Of a stretch of DNA of 36,119 nt, positions 1 through 11,718 are shown piece after piece. Where the stretch lies: the NCBI RefSeq assembly GCF_004010195.1, contig NC_057718.1, positions 8,324,304 through 8,360,422 of the forward strand, read 5' to 3'. The notes below the pieces were generated by a model. The model was not told the origin of the DNA, did no database searches, and saw only the letters and a program-made list of their open reading frames with translations. How positions within the stretch are numbered: position 1 is the stretch's first letter; each line of letters begins with the position of its first letter. Source of the DNA: Chiloscyllium plagiosum (taxonomy: Eukaryota). Both the position numbers and the translations under genes were made by a program.

Positions 1-40
1 CTGACCTGCTGCGCTTTTCCAGCAACACATTTTCAGCTCT
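1..40 (+). mobile_element. 3' end (pLTR tail) of a Penelope-like element, cut by the window edge
   Basis: Bases 1-32 are the exact reverse complement of 35749-35780, which abuts a Penelope RT. Confidence 0.75.
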
Positions 41-550
41 TCCTACTCAAGACAGGATATACTTGGCAAAGAGGGAATGTAGTGGATATTCACTAGGCTG
101 GTACTAGGGAAGGCAGACCTGTCAAATGAACACACACTGATTCAACTGGGCTTGTATATACTGGAGTTTAGAAGGATGAAAGGGGATCTAATTGAAATGA
201 ATAAAATTCTAATAATGTTGGACAGACTAGATGCATGGAAGATGTTTCTCTGGTTGGGGAGCCTGAAACCAATGGACACAGTCTCAAGGCACAGGGTAAA
301 CTATTCAGGTCTGAGATGAGGAAAACTTTCTTCAGGGTAGTGAACCTGCAGAATTCTCTTCCACAGTATGTTGTGAAGACCAAGTGATTAAATTTATTCA
401 AGAAGATGACTGATAATTTCTTTTAGATTTTAAAGGGTCTGGAGAGAAATCAGGAATTGGCATTGAGACAGAGAATCAGCCATGATCATATTGAATGGAG
501 AGCAGGCTAGAAGGGCTGAATGGCTCACTCCTGCTCCTAGTTTCTATTGC
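41..550 (+). mobile_element. CR1-type LINE, decayed ORF2 C-terminus and 3' UTR
   Basis: Typical CR1 motifs ctggagtttagaaggatga..ggggatctaattgaa, gagatgaggaaaactttcttc and aagggctgaatggctcactcctgctcc; reading frame broken. Confidence 0.85.
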
Positions 551-1249
551 CTCAAAATCAAAACCGTAGGACATCAAATCCACCTCCAGGATGAGGAAAG
601 ATAGAGAAAGAGTTCAGACTTGGCCACTTTACACAGAATAACATGGAATGATCTGCCAAGGGAGAAATGTAGTCAGATAGTGTGGAAATATTACAGGATT
701 TGGTAAGTATTTCAGGGAGTGAATGATTGTGAACTGTGCATTTGGGATGGCCAAGTGGACTGAAACTGCTTCTGCTCCAAACTTGTTATTATTTTTACAA
801 TTTAACAATGTAAAGTAGACAGCCAAGTGTACATACCACTAGACTGCATGAGATTTGCCACAACTGAAGGAAGGGTGTTAATGAGTCTTGTAGTCCTTTT
901 AAAAAGATTTGATTTCCAACAGGGTGTGATAGAGCTCATAATAAATCTGCTTCAAGACTCGTTCTCGAGAGTTATGACCAAAGCTGGTTCAACCTGTTCT
1001 TTCAAAATACATGTGTGCCTGTATGCACAGCTTGCAAATTATTTCCAATCTTGAACAATATAAACAGTCTGCATTTCTCATTACTGTTCATGAAATTCTG
1101 TACATGGAGAAGTTCACATGACCTTAACAGCCCTGCAATTCTTTAAACCTGTTCCTTTCCCTTCACTCTCCTGGTTCATGAAAAGGAGTAACCCGTTCCA
1201 GTCTCAAGCATGCCCTCCTACACCAGAATTTTCAGAACACTTTTGATAA

Positions 1250-1482
1250 TCGAGTCAGAGTCACACAGCATGGAAACAGACTCTTCAGCCCAATTCGTTC
1301 ATGCCAAACAGACATCATAATCGGATTCAGTCCCATTTGACAGCATCCAGTTAAACCCTTCCTATTCATATACCCATCCAGAAGCCTTTTAAAAGCTGTA
1401 ATTGTGTTTGCCTCAACGGATTCCTCCAGCAGTTCGTTCCATACACACATCGCCCTCTGCATGGAAAAAGTTACCCCTCAAA
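1250..1482 (-). mobile_element. CR1/HER1-type LINE 3' end
   Basis: Starts gagtcagagtcacacagcatggaaacag (reverse 3' tail); ORF 1232-1462 reads VEANTITAFKRLLDGYMNRKG, the CR1 ORF2 end. Confidence 0.85.
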
Positions 1483-1862
1483 TCAGAAAGTCATACAGCA
1501 TGGAAACAGACCCTTCGGTCCAATTAGTCCGTGCCAATCATAATCCCAAACTAAACTAGCCCCACGTGCCGATGCTTGGCCCAAATCCCTCCAAACATAT
1601 GAACTTATCCAAATGTCTTTTAAACATTGTAACAATACCCGCATCCATCACTTCCTCTGGAAGTTCATTCCACACATGAACCACTGTGTTAAAAAGTTGC
1701 TAATTTTTTAAAAAATCTTTTTCCTTTCACCTTAAAAACATCCTCCCTAATCTTGAAATCCCCCACCCGAGGGAAAATACACTTGCTTTTCATCTTTTCT
1801 ATACCCTCCAGAGAAAAAAGTCCCAGCTTATCCACCCTACCATATCCTGCCTCTCCTTACAA
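1483..1862 (-). mobile_element. Second CR1/HER1-type 3' end, directly adjacent to the first
   Basis: gtcatacagcatggaaacagacccttcggtcc..aaactaaactag..ttctataccctc; same family as 1250-1482. Confidence 0.85.
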
Positions 1863-1911
1863 CCCTCAATTTTATTTTGGAAAAAGACCTTAGCTATTCA
1901 ATTAGCTGGCA

Positions 1912-2062
1912 AGTATAAAGCATATAGGATATGGGTGTAATATATTGGCATGGATTGAGAATTGGTTGTCAGACTGGAATAGAGTTGGGGGAGATAAGTG
2001 GGTCTTTTTCTGAGTGGCAGGGAATGACTAGTGGGACACAGCAAGAATCATCGCTACAGGGT
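1912..2062 (+). mobile_element. CR1 RT-region fragment
   Basis: tattggcatggattgagaattggttg..gtgggtctttttctgagtggcagg..gactagtggg encodes the WIENWL and SEWQ..TSG motifs of CR1 RT. Confidence 0.7.
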
Positions 2063-2104
2063 CATCAAATGAAGCTTTATAAATAGAACTTAGGGGAAAT
2101 AAAA

Positions 2105-2423
2105 TGGGGCAGTCACACTGATACAAGTGTGTTATAGGCTCCCAAACAGCCAATGGGCAATTGAGGAGCAGATATGTAGACAATTCACTGAGGTAAAATA
2201 ATAATGGAGTGATAATACAGGGGGGATTTCAACTTTGCCAACATTAATTGGGATAATCATAGTATAAAAAGTTTAGAGTGGGTTGATTAATGTATTCAGG
2301 ACAGCTTTTTATATTAACATGTAGATGGCCATACAGGGATGGTGCTGTACTGGATCTTATTCTGGGGGGAAAAAAAAATGGAAAAGTGGACAAGGCAGCA
2401 GTGGGAGAGCATTTCAGTGATAA
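2105..2423 (+). mobile_element. CR1 AP-endonuclease fragment (decayed)
   Basis: Encodes VCYRLPNS (YRPP-like) and GDFNFANINW motifs, with frameshifts. Confidence 0.75.
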
Positions 2424-2718
2424 CGAAGGAGATAGTTAGGAAAGAGATCAATCTGAGACTGGTACAGTTGAGAACAGAAGCGAGTCAAACAGTCAGGGCA
2501 GGCAGGAACAAGATAGGACTAATAAATTAAACTGCATTTATTTCAATGCAAGGGGCCTAACAGGGAAAAAAGGCATTTGGATGGGTACATGAATAGGAAG
2601 GGTTTGGAGGGATATGGGCTGGGTGCTGGCAGGGGGTGGGACTAGATTGGGTTTGGATATCTGGTCGGCATGGACGGGTTGGACTGAAGGGTCTGTTTTC
2701 ATGCTCTGTGACTCTGTA
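2424..2718 (+). mobile_element. Internally deleted CR1: ORF2 start fused to ORF2 end and 3' UTR
   Basis: 2521-2568 encodes NKLNCIYFNARGLTGK (endonuclease N-terminus) and runs directly into aaaaggcatttggatgggtacatgaatagg..gaagggtctgtt (3' end). Confidence 0.7.
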
Positions 2719-2724
2719 CAGAAC

Positions 2725-3225
2725 TAGCAGTTATGGTCACCACACTGTAGGAAGGGTGTGACTGTGCTGGAGAGGGTGCAGAGGAGATTCACCAAGATGG
2801 TGCCTGGGATGGAGTACTTTAGCGATGAAAAGAAGTTGGATAAGCTTAGGTTATTTTCTTTGGAACAGAGAAGATTGAGGGGATCCTGAGAGAGGTTTAT
2901 AAAGTTATTACAGACATGGACAGGACGGATAGAAAGCAGTTGTTCCCCATGGTTGAAGGGTTAGTAACAAGCGGGCACACCTTTAAGATGGGAGATAAGA
3001 GATTTCGAGGGGATTTGAGGAAAAATTGGTTCACCCAGTGGGTGGAGGAGGTCGGAAATGCACTGCCTGGGTGGGTAGTTCAAGTGGACAACCTCACGAC
3101 CTTTAAGTAGTACTTAGATGAACACTTGAGATGTCATAACATTCACGGCTATGGATTTAGCGTAGTTTTGGCAGTACAGACTCAAGAGCTAAAAGGCCTC
3201 TAAAAACTACATGGCTAAATGATTA
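2725..3225 (+). mobile_element. CR1 LINE 3' portion
   Basis: ctggagagggtgcagaggagattcaccaagatg (LERVQRRFTKM); ORF 2916-3110 MDRTDRKQLFP..RGDLRKNWFTQ. Confidence 0.9.
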
Positions 3226-3957
3226 AGTTAAAACAAAAGTTCAAACTCACAGGATTTTGGAAACATAGGTGTTTCCATTTTAACTTCAGCCTTTTCATTG
3301 ACATGGTTTTACAATTACATACAGAAACTTTAGAAGTGTGCAGATACAAAGCAAACAACTCGCATATGGTTTTGATGGAAAACTAAATGGAATCAATTCA
3401 TGCCTGAGGAGAGTAAAATTCCACAATACTGTCAAATAATCGCTGAATTTGAATATCAAAATCACCATGAACTGATTTTCACCGAGGAATTTTGGTACTA
3501 TAGTTCTTCACCACATAGTCTTCTCCTCGATGTTGAAATCAAAAGTCACGACACCATGGTCTACTTGAATGTATTATTTTCTAACACTTCAAGGTCAACT
3601 CGACTCAACTACTACTGCTAATATAGTGCTTTCAAAGTGGTAAAAGATTTTCTCTCTCTTCCTTCTGCAAGGCTTTTAAAACCTAGACCACAGGTCAACT
3701 GGTCCTACATCCTACTTTTAGACCCTCCTTAACCTCAATAGTGTCCTGCACAGTGTCAATGAGTGTCCTTTGCCTGGGTTACTCAGTCACGATTTTGTGT
3801 AAATTACTAAATTTCAAAACGTCGAGTTGACATGTCAGGATTTGGATCCAAGCATAGGTAGCAATGCACTGTTGAGCTTGGTACAGTATGTCAACAATTA
3901 CAAAACAGACACGGACAATAATACATCGTGTTTGATGTAAAGGACATATCCCTATGA

Positions 3958-4060
3958 AGAAAAAGACCACATTTATCCAGCACTTCCTATCACGTCAGAA
4001 CAACTCAAGGCACTTTCAAGTCAATTAAGTGTTTTTTTTAAGTCTAACAATGTTGTAGGA
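3958..4060 (-). mobile_element. Deu-domain SINE 3' tail remnant
   Basis: aagaccacatttatccagcac..caaggcactttcaagtcaattaagtg resembles the reverse of the tail seen at 14480-14560 and 27060-27128. Confidence 0.5.
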
Positions 4061-4185
4061 CTAAGATTATAATAAGACATATTTTCTTTTTGAAAGATAC
4101 ATACTGCTTACTTTTCAATACGATTTTTTTCAAATTCAGTAAAGCCTTACCTTTCATTGGCTAATATTCTCTCCATTTCCTGTGT

Positions 4186-4626
4186 GTATAGAGGAGAGGT
4201 TAAATAGGCTGAAGGTCTTTTCTTTGGAGCGTTGGAGGCTGAGGGGTGACCTTACAGAGGTTTATAAAATCAGGGGGGCCATGGTTAGAGTAAATAGACA
4301 AGGCCTTTTCCCTGGCACAGGGGAGTCCAAAACTAGATGGCACACCTTTAAGAAGAGAGGGGAAAGGGGATCGAAGGTGCAACTTTTTCCACACAGAGGG
4401 TGGTGTGTGTATGGAATGAGCTGCCAGTGGAAATGGTGGAGGCTGGTACAATTACAACATTTAAAAGGCATGTGGCTGTGTATAATGAATAGGAAAGGTT
4501 GAGGGGGATATGGGCCAAATATTGGTAAATGGGACTAGATTAATTTAGGATATCTGGTCAGCATGGACGAGGTCAGCTGAAGGGTCTGTTCCTGTGCTGT
4601 AGTTCTGTATGACTATATGACTCTAT
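4186..4626 (+). mobile_element. CR1/HER1-type LINE 3' end
   Basis: ORF 4182-4502 ERLNRLKVFSLERWRLRGDLTEVYKI; ends in a ctatga-repeat tail. Confidence 0.92.
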
Positions 4627-6199
4627 ATGCATCACCTTCATTAAAGTATTTAGACAGGTACAGACTGCAGCAGTGAACAACGACAACTCCAGTTCTCTAT
4701 TAATCCACATAATTAACAAATGCTCGGAATCTTCAGTCAGCATTCCAGTTTGTGTCATAGCTCACTGTGGTGATTCAAGATGGAGTGAGCTGGTTGCACT
4801 TCCCAAAAAGTTGGCAATTAATCACCTTATGTATTTGATCCAATCTACCAGCTCCTGATCATCATGAACACCAGATCAAAGCAGCATCAGAGTCCAGTGG
4901 CATGCTGGAGCTGTTCTCCTATCAGATTTTTACTGTACCTGCATTTTCAATCAGTCACAATCAGCATGAACTGGCCTCACTGTGGATAGCAAAAGATGAT
5001 TGCATTATGAATCAGCACCTTCTCAGGGAAATGGCACCAGGTAAAGACTGGAAATACTTGAAATAAAAAAAATGCAAATTTTGATGCATTATGGGAAAAA
5101 CTGGTAAACTACTGGCCTGAGGTGAATCTCAAAAGTACCACTCATTGATTCCTGTACTGGCATACCTGTTATGACTAAACTCAGAGTCAAGTGGTAAACT
5201 AATCAGAGAAGTCTAGCTCATATCTTATTTTGAGTATCTCTGACCCTTGGACTGGTGAACATGCTGCTGGAACAAGAACCCTTTCTCCCCCAACGGTTCA
5301 GATGAGTAACAAGAAGGCAACTTGTAATACAAGATGGAGGGTCAGATCACGTTGTTGCTGAACTGAACAAACCAGGGAAAACCAGTAGAAAGAAACCAGA
5401 ATAGACAAAGGTTGAAATATGAATGGTAATGCCAAATAAACGCAAACTCTAAAAGAACAGCAGTTCCAATCCGAACTCAGACATTTCCATTTGGACTGTT
5501 TACAATCCCAATGGGAAAATCAACATCAGATTTCACGGAATCAGAAATTTCAATGCAGACAGCTATCGTGCCAGTGGAACAAATCAACTTCACTGCTACT
5601 TCCCAGCTCTGTAAACTCCTTTAACAAGATTAGACGGCCACTTATTACTGCATGAGATATTTTCATAATCAGCCTGTTCAGGTACATTGTTACACCCCTC
5701 TGGAGTAAGTGGGAGTTAAGCAATCGACTGGATGTTTGACAGCTGTCCTGAAAGTCAGACAACAAAGAAAGAAGCTGCTTGATCCATTATGCCTGTGCCA
5801 GTTCTCTGTATGAGCTAGCAAAATCTGCTCGCTTTTATTTAGTACCCGAAAAACTTTTCTCCAAGTATGGTAGACAAGTGTGGCATAACACATCTGAACA
5901 TGCTGATAAAAATAATCTATATCCAGCTCTCTTTATTACTGAATCTATATGCACTTTTCAATCATCGAGTTTAAAAAATCTCAGTATTTTTTCCTGGGCT
6001 TTTGTTTTTGCCAATTATCTTAAATTCTGATCAACGCTGCAGAAGTAGTTTCTCAATCTACTTTGCCTGGAAACCCTCAATTTTGATCACCTTTACTAAA
6101 TTTTGATTGCAATCCAAACTTTAGTCTATATTAATGAATTCAAGTCATCATCTTAAAACTTTTTTTTTCAAACTTTGATCCAAATTTACTTCAGAATTT

Positions 6200-6332
6200 A
6201 TGAAAAGCAAAATGCTGCAAATACTGCAAGTTTGAAATAAAACAAAATTTTGGAGAGAAACAAAAGGATCGGGTTCTGAAGAGTCATATCGAACTCGAAA
6301 CATTAACTGTTTTTCTCTCCACAGATGCTGCC
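6200..6332 (+). mobile_element. Old Penelope-like terminal remnant with degenerate hammerhead motif
   Basis: ctgaagagtcatatcgaactcgaaacattaactg..tctctccacagatgctgcc at 6276-6332, preceded by an inverted-orientation piece. Confidence 0.6.
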
Positions 6333-6409
6333 ATTAAATACTATTTTAGACAAACCAAAACAATGCTGATAGCAAACAAACCAGATGAATTTCTGAAAAA
6401 GTAACTTTT

Positions 6410-6725
6410 TTATTTTTATTTTTTCCACGGGTTGTGGTTTGAAAGTTATCCCAATTACCCAGGGAGCAGTTAAGAATCAATCATGTTACTATGGATCTGG
6501 AGTCACACATTGGCCAGGTTAGTTAAGAATGGCAGATTTGCTTCCCTAAGGGATGTTAGTAAAACAGACAGGTATTGACAACAATCTACAATGGTTACAT
6601 GATTGCAGTAAGGTAATGCTTTTTATTCCAGGTTTTCACTGAAATCAAATTTCACCACTGGTCATAGGATTCAACACCACCTTTTCGAATATTAGCTTGG
6701 GGTTTTGGATTACTCCTGCTATTCC
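6410..6725 (-). mobile_element. tRNA-type SINE of a second shark family (family name uncertain)
   Basis: gcagttaagaatcaatcatgttactatggatctggagtcacac..ggcagatttgcttccctaaggga; homologous to 12752-13055. Confidence 0.65.
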
Positions 6726-6784
6726 TACAAGAGCATCACTTTGTTCGGAGATTGAGAAATACATTCAAGGAGCAGATATACTTA

Positions 6785-6880
6785 AAAGTCACCACACTGG
6801 ACCTGAAACATTGATTGTTTCTCTCTCCACTAATGTTGCCAGACCTGCTAAGTTATTTCCAACATGCTTTCTTTTCTATT
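6785..6880 (+). mobile_element. Old Penelope-like terminal remnant
   Basis: ggacctgaaacattgattgtttctctctccactaatgttgccagacctgctaag; homologous to 6290-6332 and 12060-12180. Confidence 0.55.
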
Positions 6881-7914
6881 GTGAGCAGCACCCCTGGGTG
6901 GATTTGCAATGCAGAAGTAAGCCAAACAGAAAATGCTTTCCGACATTTTCTTTGTTTTTCATTGTTGGTTCATCAGTGGATGGGCACCACAGGGGTCTTC
7001 AAAAATCAAAATATTTGAGTTGTGCTTTACGTGGGAAACAGAATTTGAAAATCAGCAAATCTCTGGACGGTTCAACTTTATGTAGCAGAGAAACAACTGG
7101 CTTATTTATTTTTCAATGATTGCAGTCATGAAATAAAACTTAGAACCAGCAGATAGAAGCAAGTTAAATGAGAAAACAATGGTGTTTTTTTGTCATCAGG
7201 TTCAGGAGAAATTTCTTAACCCTGGGAGTAGCCATTACGTAGAACTACCACATGAAGTTACTGAGGTTAATAGCACAGATCCATTTAAGGACAGATTAGA
7301 TAAACATGGGAAGGAAAAGAGGATAAGTGGAAGAAGGGTGGAGAACATTTATTGGAGCAAAAAATAATTCAACTTGTCAGGGAAACAGACAAGTTAATGT
7401 CTTTGTCAGATTAGTGCTGTGGTCAGAAAGGGTGCAGAGCATAATTTTTATTGAATAAGTTATAAAAATGATTGGAACAATTTGGCTCAGCATCAGATTC
7501 TAGTAAAGGATGGAAAGGACAAGACTTTAAAGAAACGTAGGCTACAGCATATGATTTGTTACTTCTTGATCTTCTCTCCATTACCACACAGCACTTCCCC
7601 TCTCCCCCCCCCCCCCCCCATCCCATCTTGAAGACATGCACACATTGGGATTATCACTACTCAGTCTAAAAATATGCCTTTGGTTAACACAAACATATCT
7701 GCCTTCTGCTATGTACTTTGAAACAGCATTTATTTTGGAGATGCTGATGATCCATGGTGTTCTCATTGGCACCAACACGTAAAGAAACCTGTTTAACACT
7801 GTGAAGCAATTGTTATTTTCCTTTTGGCCCTGTATCTAAGCCCTCTTGAGGCCTTGTGTCTACGGTAATTGTAGCTCAATGGGTAACAACCTCACCTCTC
7901 ACCAGACGACTATA

Positions 7915-8315
7915 GCACATAGGAGTAGAAGTAGGCCTTTCAACTCAAGTGTTCTGCTCTTCAGTGAGATCATGCTTGTGCTGACAATCTTCAACTCCAC
8001 TTTCCTGTCTTTTCCATATCACCCATGATTTCCTTACTGATTAAATTCTATCTTTCACCATCTTGAATATGCTTAATAATCCACCCTCGGCAGCCCTCGA
8101 TGGTAAAGAATTTCACACATTCACTACCCTCAGAGAAGAGATTCCTCCACATCTTTGTCATTAATGTGTGACCCCTTATTCTGCGATTATTCGTTTTGGT
8201 CCTGGGCTCTCCAACAACGGGAAACAATCTCTCTGTATCTACACTGTTGAGTCCCCTTAAATCTTGTACGTTCCAAGAAGATCACTCCTTATTCTCTGTA
8301 ATCCAAGTAGTACAG
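7915..8315 (-). mobile_element. CR1 LINE 3' end
   Basis: ataggagtagaagtaggccttt..gagatcatg..ttcactaccctcagagaagagattcctcc, the reverse of the 41-550 family. Confidence 0.85.
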
Positions 8316-9429
8316 GCAGATAAAGGGCCCAAAACCGATCACACTGTTGTCTGTAGGACCTTGCTGTCACAAGTGGAGAATTCTGCAGCTTTACTTTTAA
8401 TAAAGATCCTCACAGCCACCAATCAGGAAATTCTTCCTTCTCTCCCTCAGCCACAAGCTTCCTCTCGTCAAGCTGGTGCAGATCACAGAAGGTTCCTAGC
8501 AAGTAAGTTCTTCTGATTAGAATTCACATTACAACCCAACCAGAGGAGAAGGAAAATTTCACGAGAAAAAAAACTATCAAAGTATCTCAAATAATCAATT
8601 ATTTAAAAAAAAATACTAACTTTACAATTAATGAATTCTGTAAAGTTAAGGATATTTTGAATCTCCAATAGTATTACTCTGGTTGCAGGAATTTGGGGGT
8701 AACCTGTAAAGAGGGTGGTCATTTTTGTAACCACGCAGGTTAATTCAACTGCCTCACCCATATGTGCTCATTGGCCTCAGCAGGCCCTGTACCATTCATA
8801 ATTGCTGCTTGAACAGATTTCTCCAGAAAAAATGAAGCAAAGAAGGATGTTAAGTATAATTATGCAATTTTTAAAAGGCTTAGGTGGTGAAATTTCCATT
8901 TTTAAGTTATAGAAGAAGTTGAGCTCTGCTGCTTAAAAGTTGCACAATAGGTTTCAAAGCATCATGCTATGAAAATATCACTATGGGTTACAGACATGAC
9001 GTGCATGCCTCCAGGCAAGGTACTTTGAATTGCAGGACACAATTGCCATATATTAAAAAAATTACAATCTACCTCCTGTATCTGACACAGCAGGGTCATA
9101 TCTAAATTAAAGTCAGACTTCCATATGACAATTTTAACTCTTCAGCTGTACGGACAGTTTTAATTGTTGGCTATGCTCAGGATGTTGTGCTGGTGTCAAT
9201 TCAAAAGAAAGTCGATCTAATCTACAAAAAATTTGTCAAATTTCATAACCCTATCACTTTACATGTCACATTCTCGCATCTACTCCAAACTGAATGTCAC
9301 TCTGCTACAGGAAATATTTCTCTCACTCAAATATAGATCACCTATAGGGCAAGTGAAGCTACATCCTAAACTACAGTACAGTTTTGGGGGACAGAGGGGG
9401 GCCACACAAATCAATACTCTTACATACAA

Positions 9430-9746
9430 GGGCGGCACAGTGGCTCAGTGGTTAGCATTGCTGCCTCACAGCGCCAGGGACCTGGGTTCAATTCCAGCCT
9501 CAGGCGACTGTCTGTGTGGAGTTTGCACATTCTCCCAGTGTCTGCATGGGTTTCCTCCGGATGCTCCAGTTTCCACCCAAAGTCCAAAGATGTGCAGGTT
9601 AGGTGAACTGGTCATGCTAAATTGCCCATAGTGTTAGGTGCTTTAGTTAGGGGGAATGGGTCTGGGTGGGTTACTCTTCGGAGGGTCGGTGTGGACTATT
9701 TGGGCCGAAGGGCCTGTTTCCACACTGTATGGAATCTAATCTAATC
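9430..9746 (+). mobile_element. HE1 SINE (V-SINE), full length
   Basis: tRNA-like head with A box tggctcagtggt and B box ggttcaattcc; V-domain gtgtggagtttgcacattctcc..ggccgaagggcctgtttcc; (aatct)n tail. Confidence 0.93.
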
Positions 9747-10282
9747 AATCATTAGAACCTATAGGAAAAGCCATATTGATCTGATATTGTATGTTTTTTA
9801 ATTATACTTGGTTTCCTATTAGGAGGATGGATTGATGTGCCCTCGAGAGGACTCATTAAGAACACTGAATCAATTTATCTTTTAAAGCCACTTGTTTACA
9901 TCATACAATAGGAAGGAAAAAATTATTAGAGGAAAACTATGCCAATATATTGTGGCTGTGGCTCACTTTCTAACTGCTGACTGAAGACATTCCAAAGACT
10001 ACATATTATCCATATATATTACCCAGAATGTTTGGCTGATCTGTCAAATAGGCTAGGGGACAAAAAGGCCCTGCTCATTTCCCTGAAGTGTTTTGTCACG
10101 ACAGATAATACTCCACAGTGGAATCCACTGAAATAATTATTTACGTCCTGTCCAAGTAAAGAAAAATCTGATTTTGATTAAAGCTAAAGAGACTTCAGAT
10201 CACTGAAGTCTTCTAGTACAATAGTTAACACAAAGACAAAAATAACAGGAAGAATTTAAATGGAAATGGATAACTGGTTTAA

Positions 10283-10395
10283 AAACACTGCATTTATATA
10301 GAAGCTTCCAAAATACAAAGAATCTTGCAGCCAACTAAGTACTTTTTTTGGAGTGTAGTCATTGCTGTACTGTTGGAAACATGGCAGTCAATATC
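10283..10395 (-). mobile_element. Deu-domain SINE 3' tail remnant
   Basis: tgcatttatatag..cagccaactaagtactttttttggagtgtagtcattgctgta..aaacatggcagtcaat. Confidence 0.6.
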
Positions 10396-10429
10396 TAGTC
10401 CATGTCTTTCAGATTCTATGAACTTCAGA

Positions 10430-10705
10430 ATTTGTTTGAGTTTTTCCACTTTTGGCCTCTTGCACAGCTCCAATTTATATTATTTTACCAATGGTAGCTA
10501 TGCTACGATGAGGAATTGACTAGCCTATGACCTCAAATTCTCAAAAAATTCCTTGCCTCTCCTTTGTCTTTAAAACATCCTTATAACTGACTTCTTTGAC
10601 AAAAAGTTTTGATCACCTGTTGTAATCTCTTTGTGGTTTGGTATCATATTAATTTAGCTAATGCTCCTGTGACCAGCTCTGGAATACTTTTCTACATGAG
10701 GGTAG
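10430..10705 (+). mobile_element. L2-type LINE 3' end (old)
   Basis: tggcctcttgcac..cttctttgacaaaaagttttgatcacctg..aatgctcctgtga; the reverse counterpart of 15555-15700. Confidence 0.55.
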
Positions 10706-10724
10706 AGGACAGATACAAAACTGA

Positions 10725-11110
10725 CAAAGGAAGTGATGGTGAATGGTTGTTTTTTTGGATTAATACAATAGAGTTCCTCCGAAGTTTAGTGCTTTAATCA
10801 CATTTTTTTAGTACATAATAATGGCTTAAATTTGGAAATTTAAAACAAAATTTGAAAGTAGGAAACAGTGAGAATAGTCATTAAATTTCAACAGGACATA
10901 AACACACTGAAGAAATTCAAAATAAAAAAGTGAGGTAATGCATTTTGATGAGAAGAATGAAGAGAGATTACTGCTAACAAATCACTTTATTGAAGTTCAA
11001 ACAGAAAAGGTTTGATCGCAGATTTCTGAAATGGACACAGACAGCAAAAGCAGTTAGTAAAGCACAATGTTGAAGATAAGGAATACGAAGGCAAATATTA
11101 ATAGGCACAC
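10725..11110 (+). mobile_element. Highly decayed CR1 RT fragment
   Basis: aagtgaggtaatgcattttg (CEVMHF-like), tacataataatggcttaaatttgg and gcagttagtaaagca. Confidence 0.5.
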
Positions 11111-11381
11111 ACATTTGTGGTTATAACTGCACACCACAAATGAGCTACGAAGACAGCTTAGCACTTCCTACATGCAGTTAATGCATGATTACTCTGTTGC
11201 CAGCCCCAATTGATTCTTCTGAAGCTTCTTCGTTGATAAGCTCCCACTAGGGGAAAATTAGATATCAAATCTGTGCCCACTGTAAAAGTAGGAGTCAAAC
11301 CTCCACCCAGTCTAGCTAGCAATAGCAAGAATGTAGTTGGCTATGTGTGGAAAGATAGCATTCAACTAGGAGGAGAGGAAA

Positions 11382-11718
11382 GGAGGCAGGATGGCTCAGT
11401 GGTTAGCATTGCTGCCTCACAGCGCCAGGGTCCCAGGTTCAAATCCTGCCTCGGGCAACTGTCTTTGTGGAGTTTGCACATTCTCCCTGTGTTTCCATGG
11501 GTTTCTTCTGGGCGTTCCAGTTTCCTCCCACAATCCAAAGATGTCCAGGTTAGGTGAATTGGCCATGCTAAATTGTCCATCGTGTTTAGGAATGTGTAGG
11601 TTAGGTGCATTAGTCAGGAGTAAATATAGGGGAATGGGTCTGAGTGGGTTTCTCTTTGGAGGGTCGTGTGACCTCGTTGGGCTAAAAGGGCCTGTTTCCA
11701 TATTGTAGGGATTCTATA
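11382..11718 (+). mobile_element. HE1 SINE, full length
   Basis: Same head, V-domain and tail as 9430-9746. Confidence 0.92.

Noticed and set aside
6697..7119. 140 aa ORF
   Set aside because: It crosses SINE and PLE remnants, starts at TTG and shows no recognisable domain.
7597..7624. Poly-C tract (also 25538-25568) with G-quadruplex potential
   Set aside because: Simple low-complexity runs with no supporting functional context.
9430..9500. tRNA-like sequence with A and B boxes
   Set aside because: It is the SINE head, continuous with the V-domain, not a stand-alone tRNA gene.
9233..9631. 132 aa ORF and similar ORFs with MAQWLALLPHSARD or NLAWPIHLTCTSLDCGRK
   Set aside because: These are translations of non-coding HE1 SINE copies.
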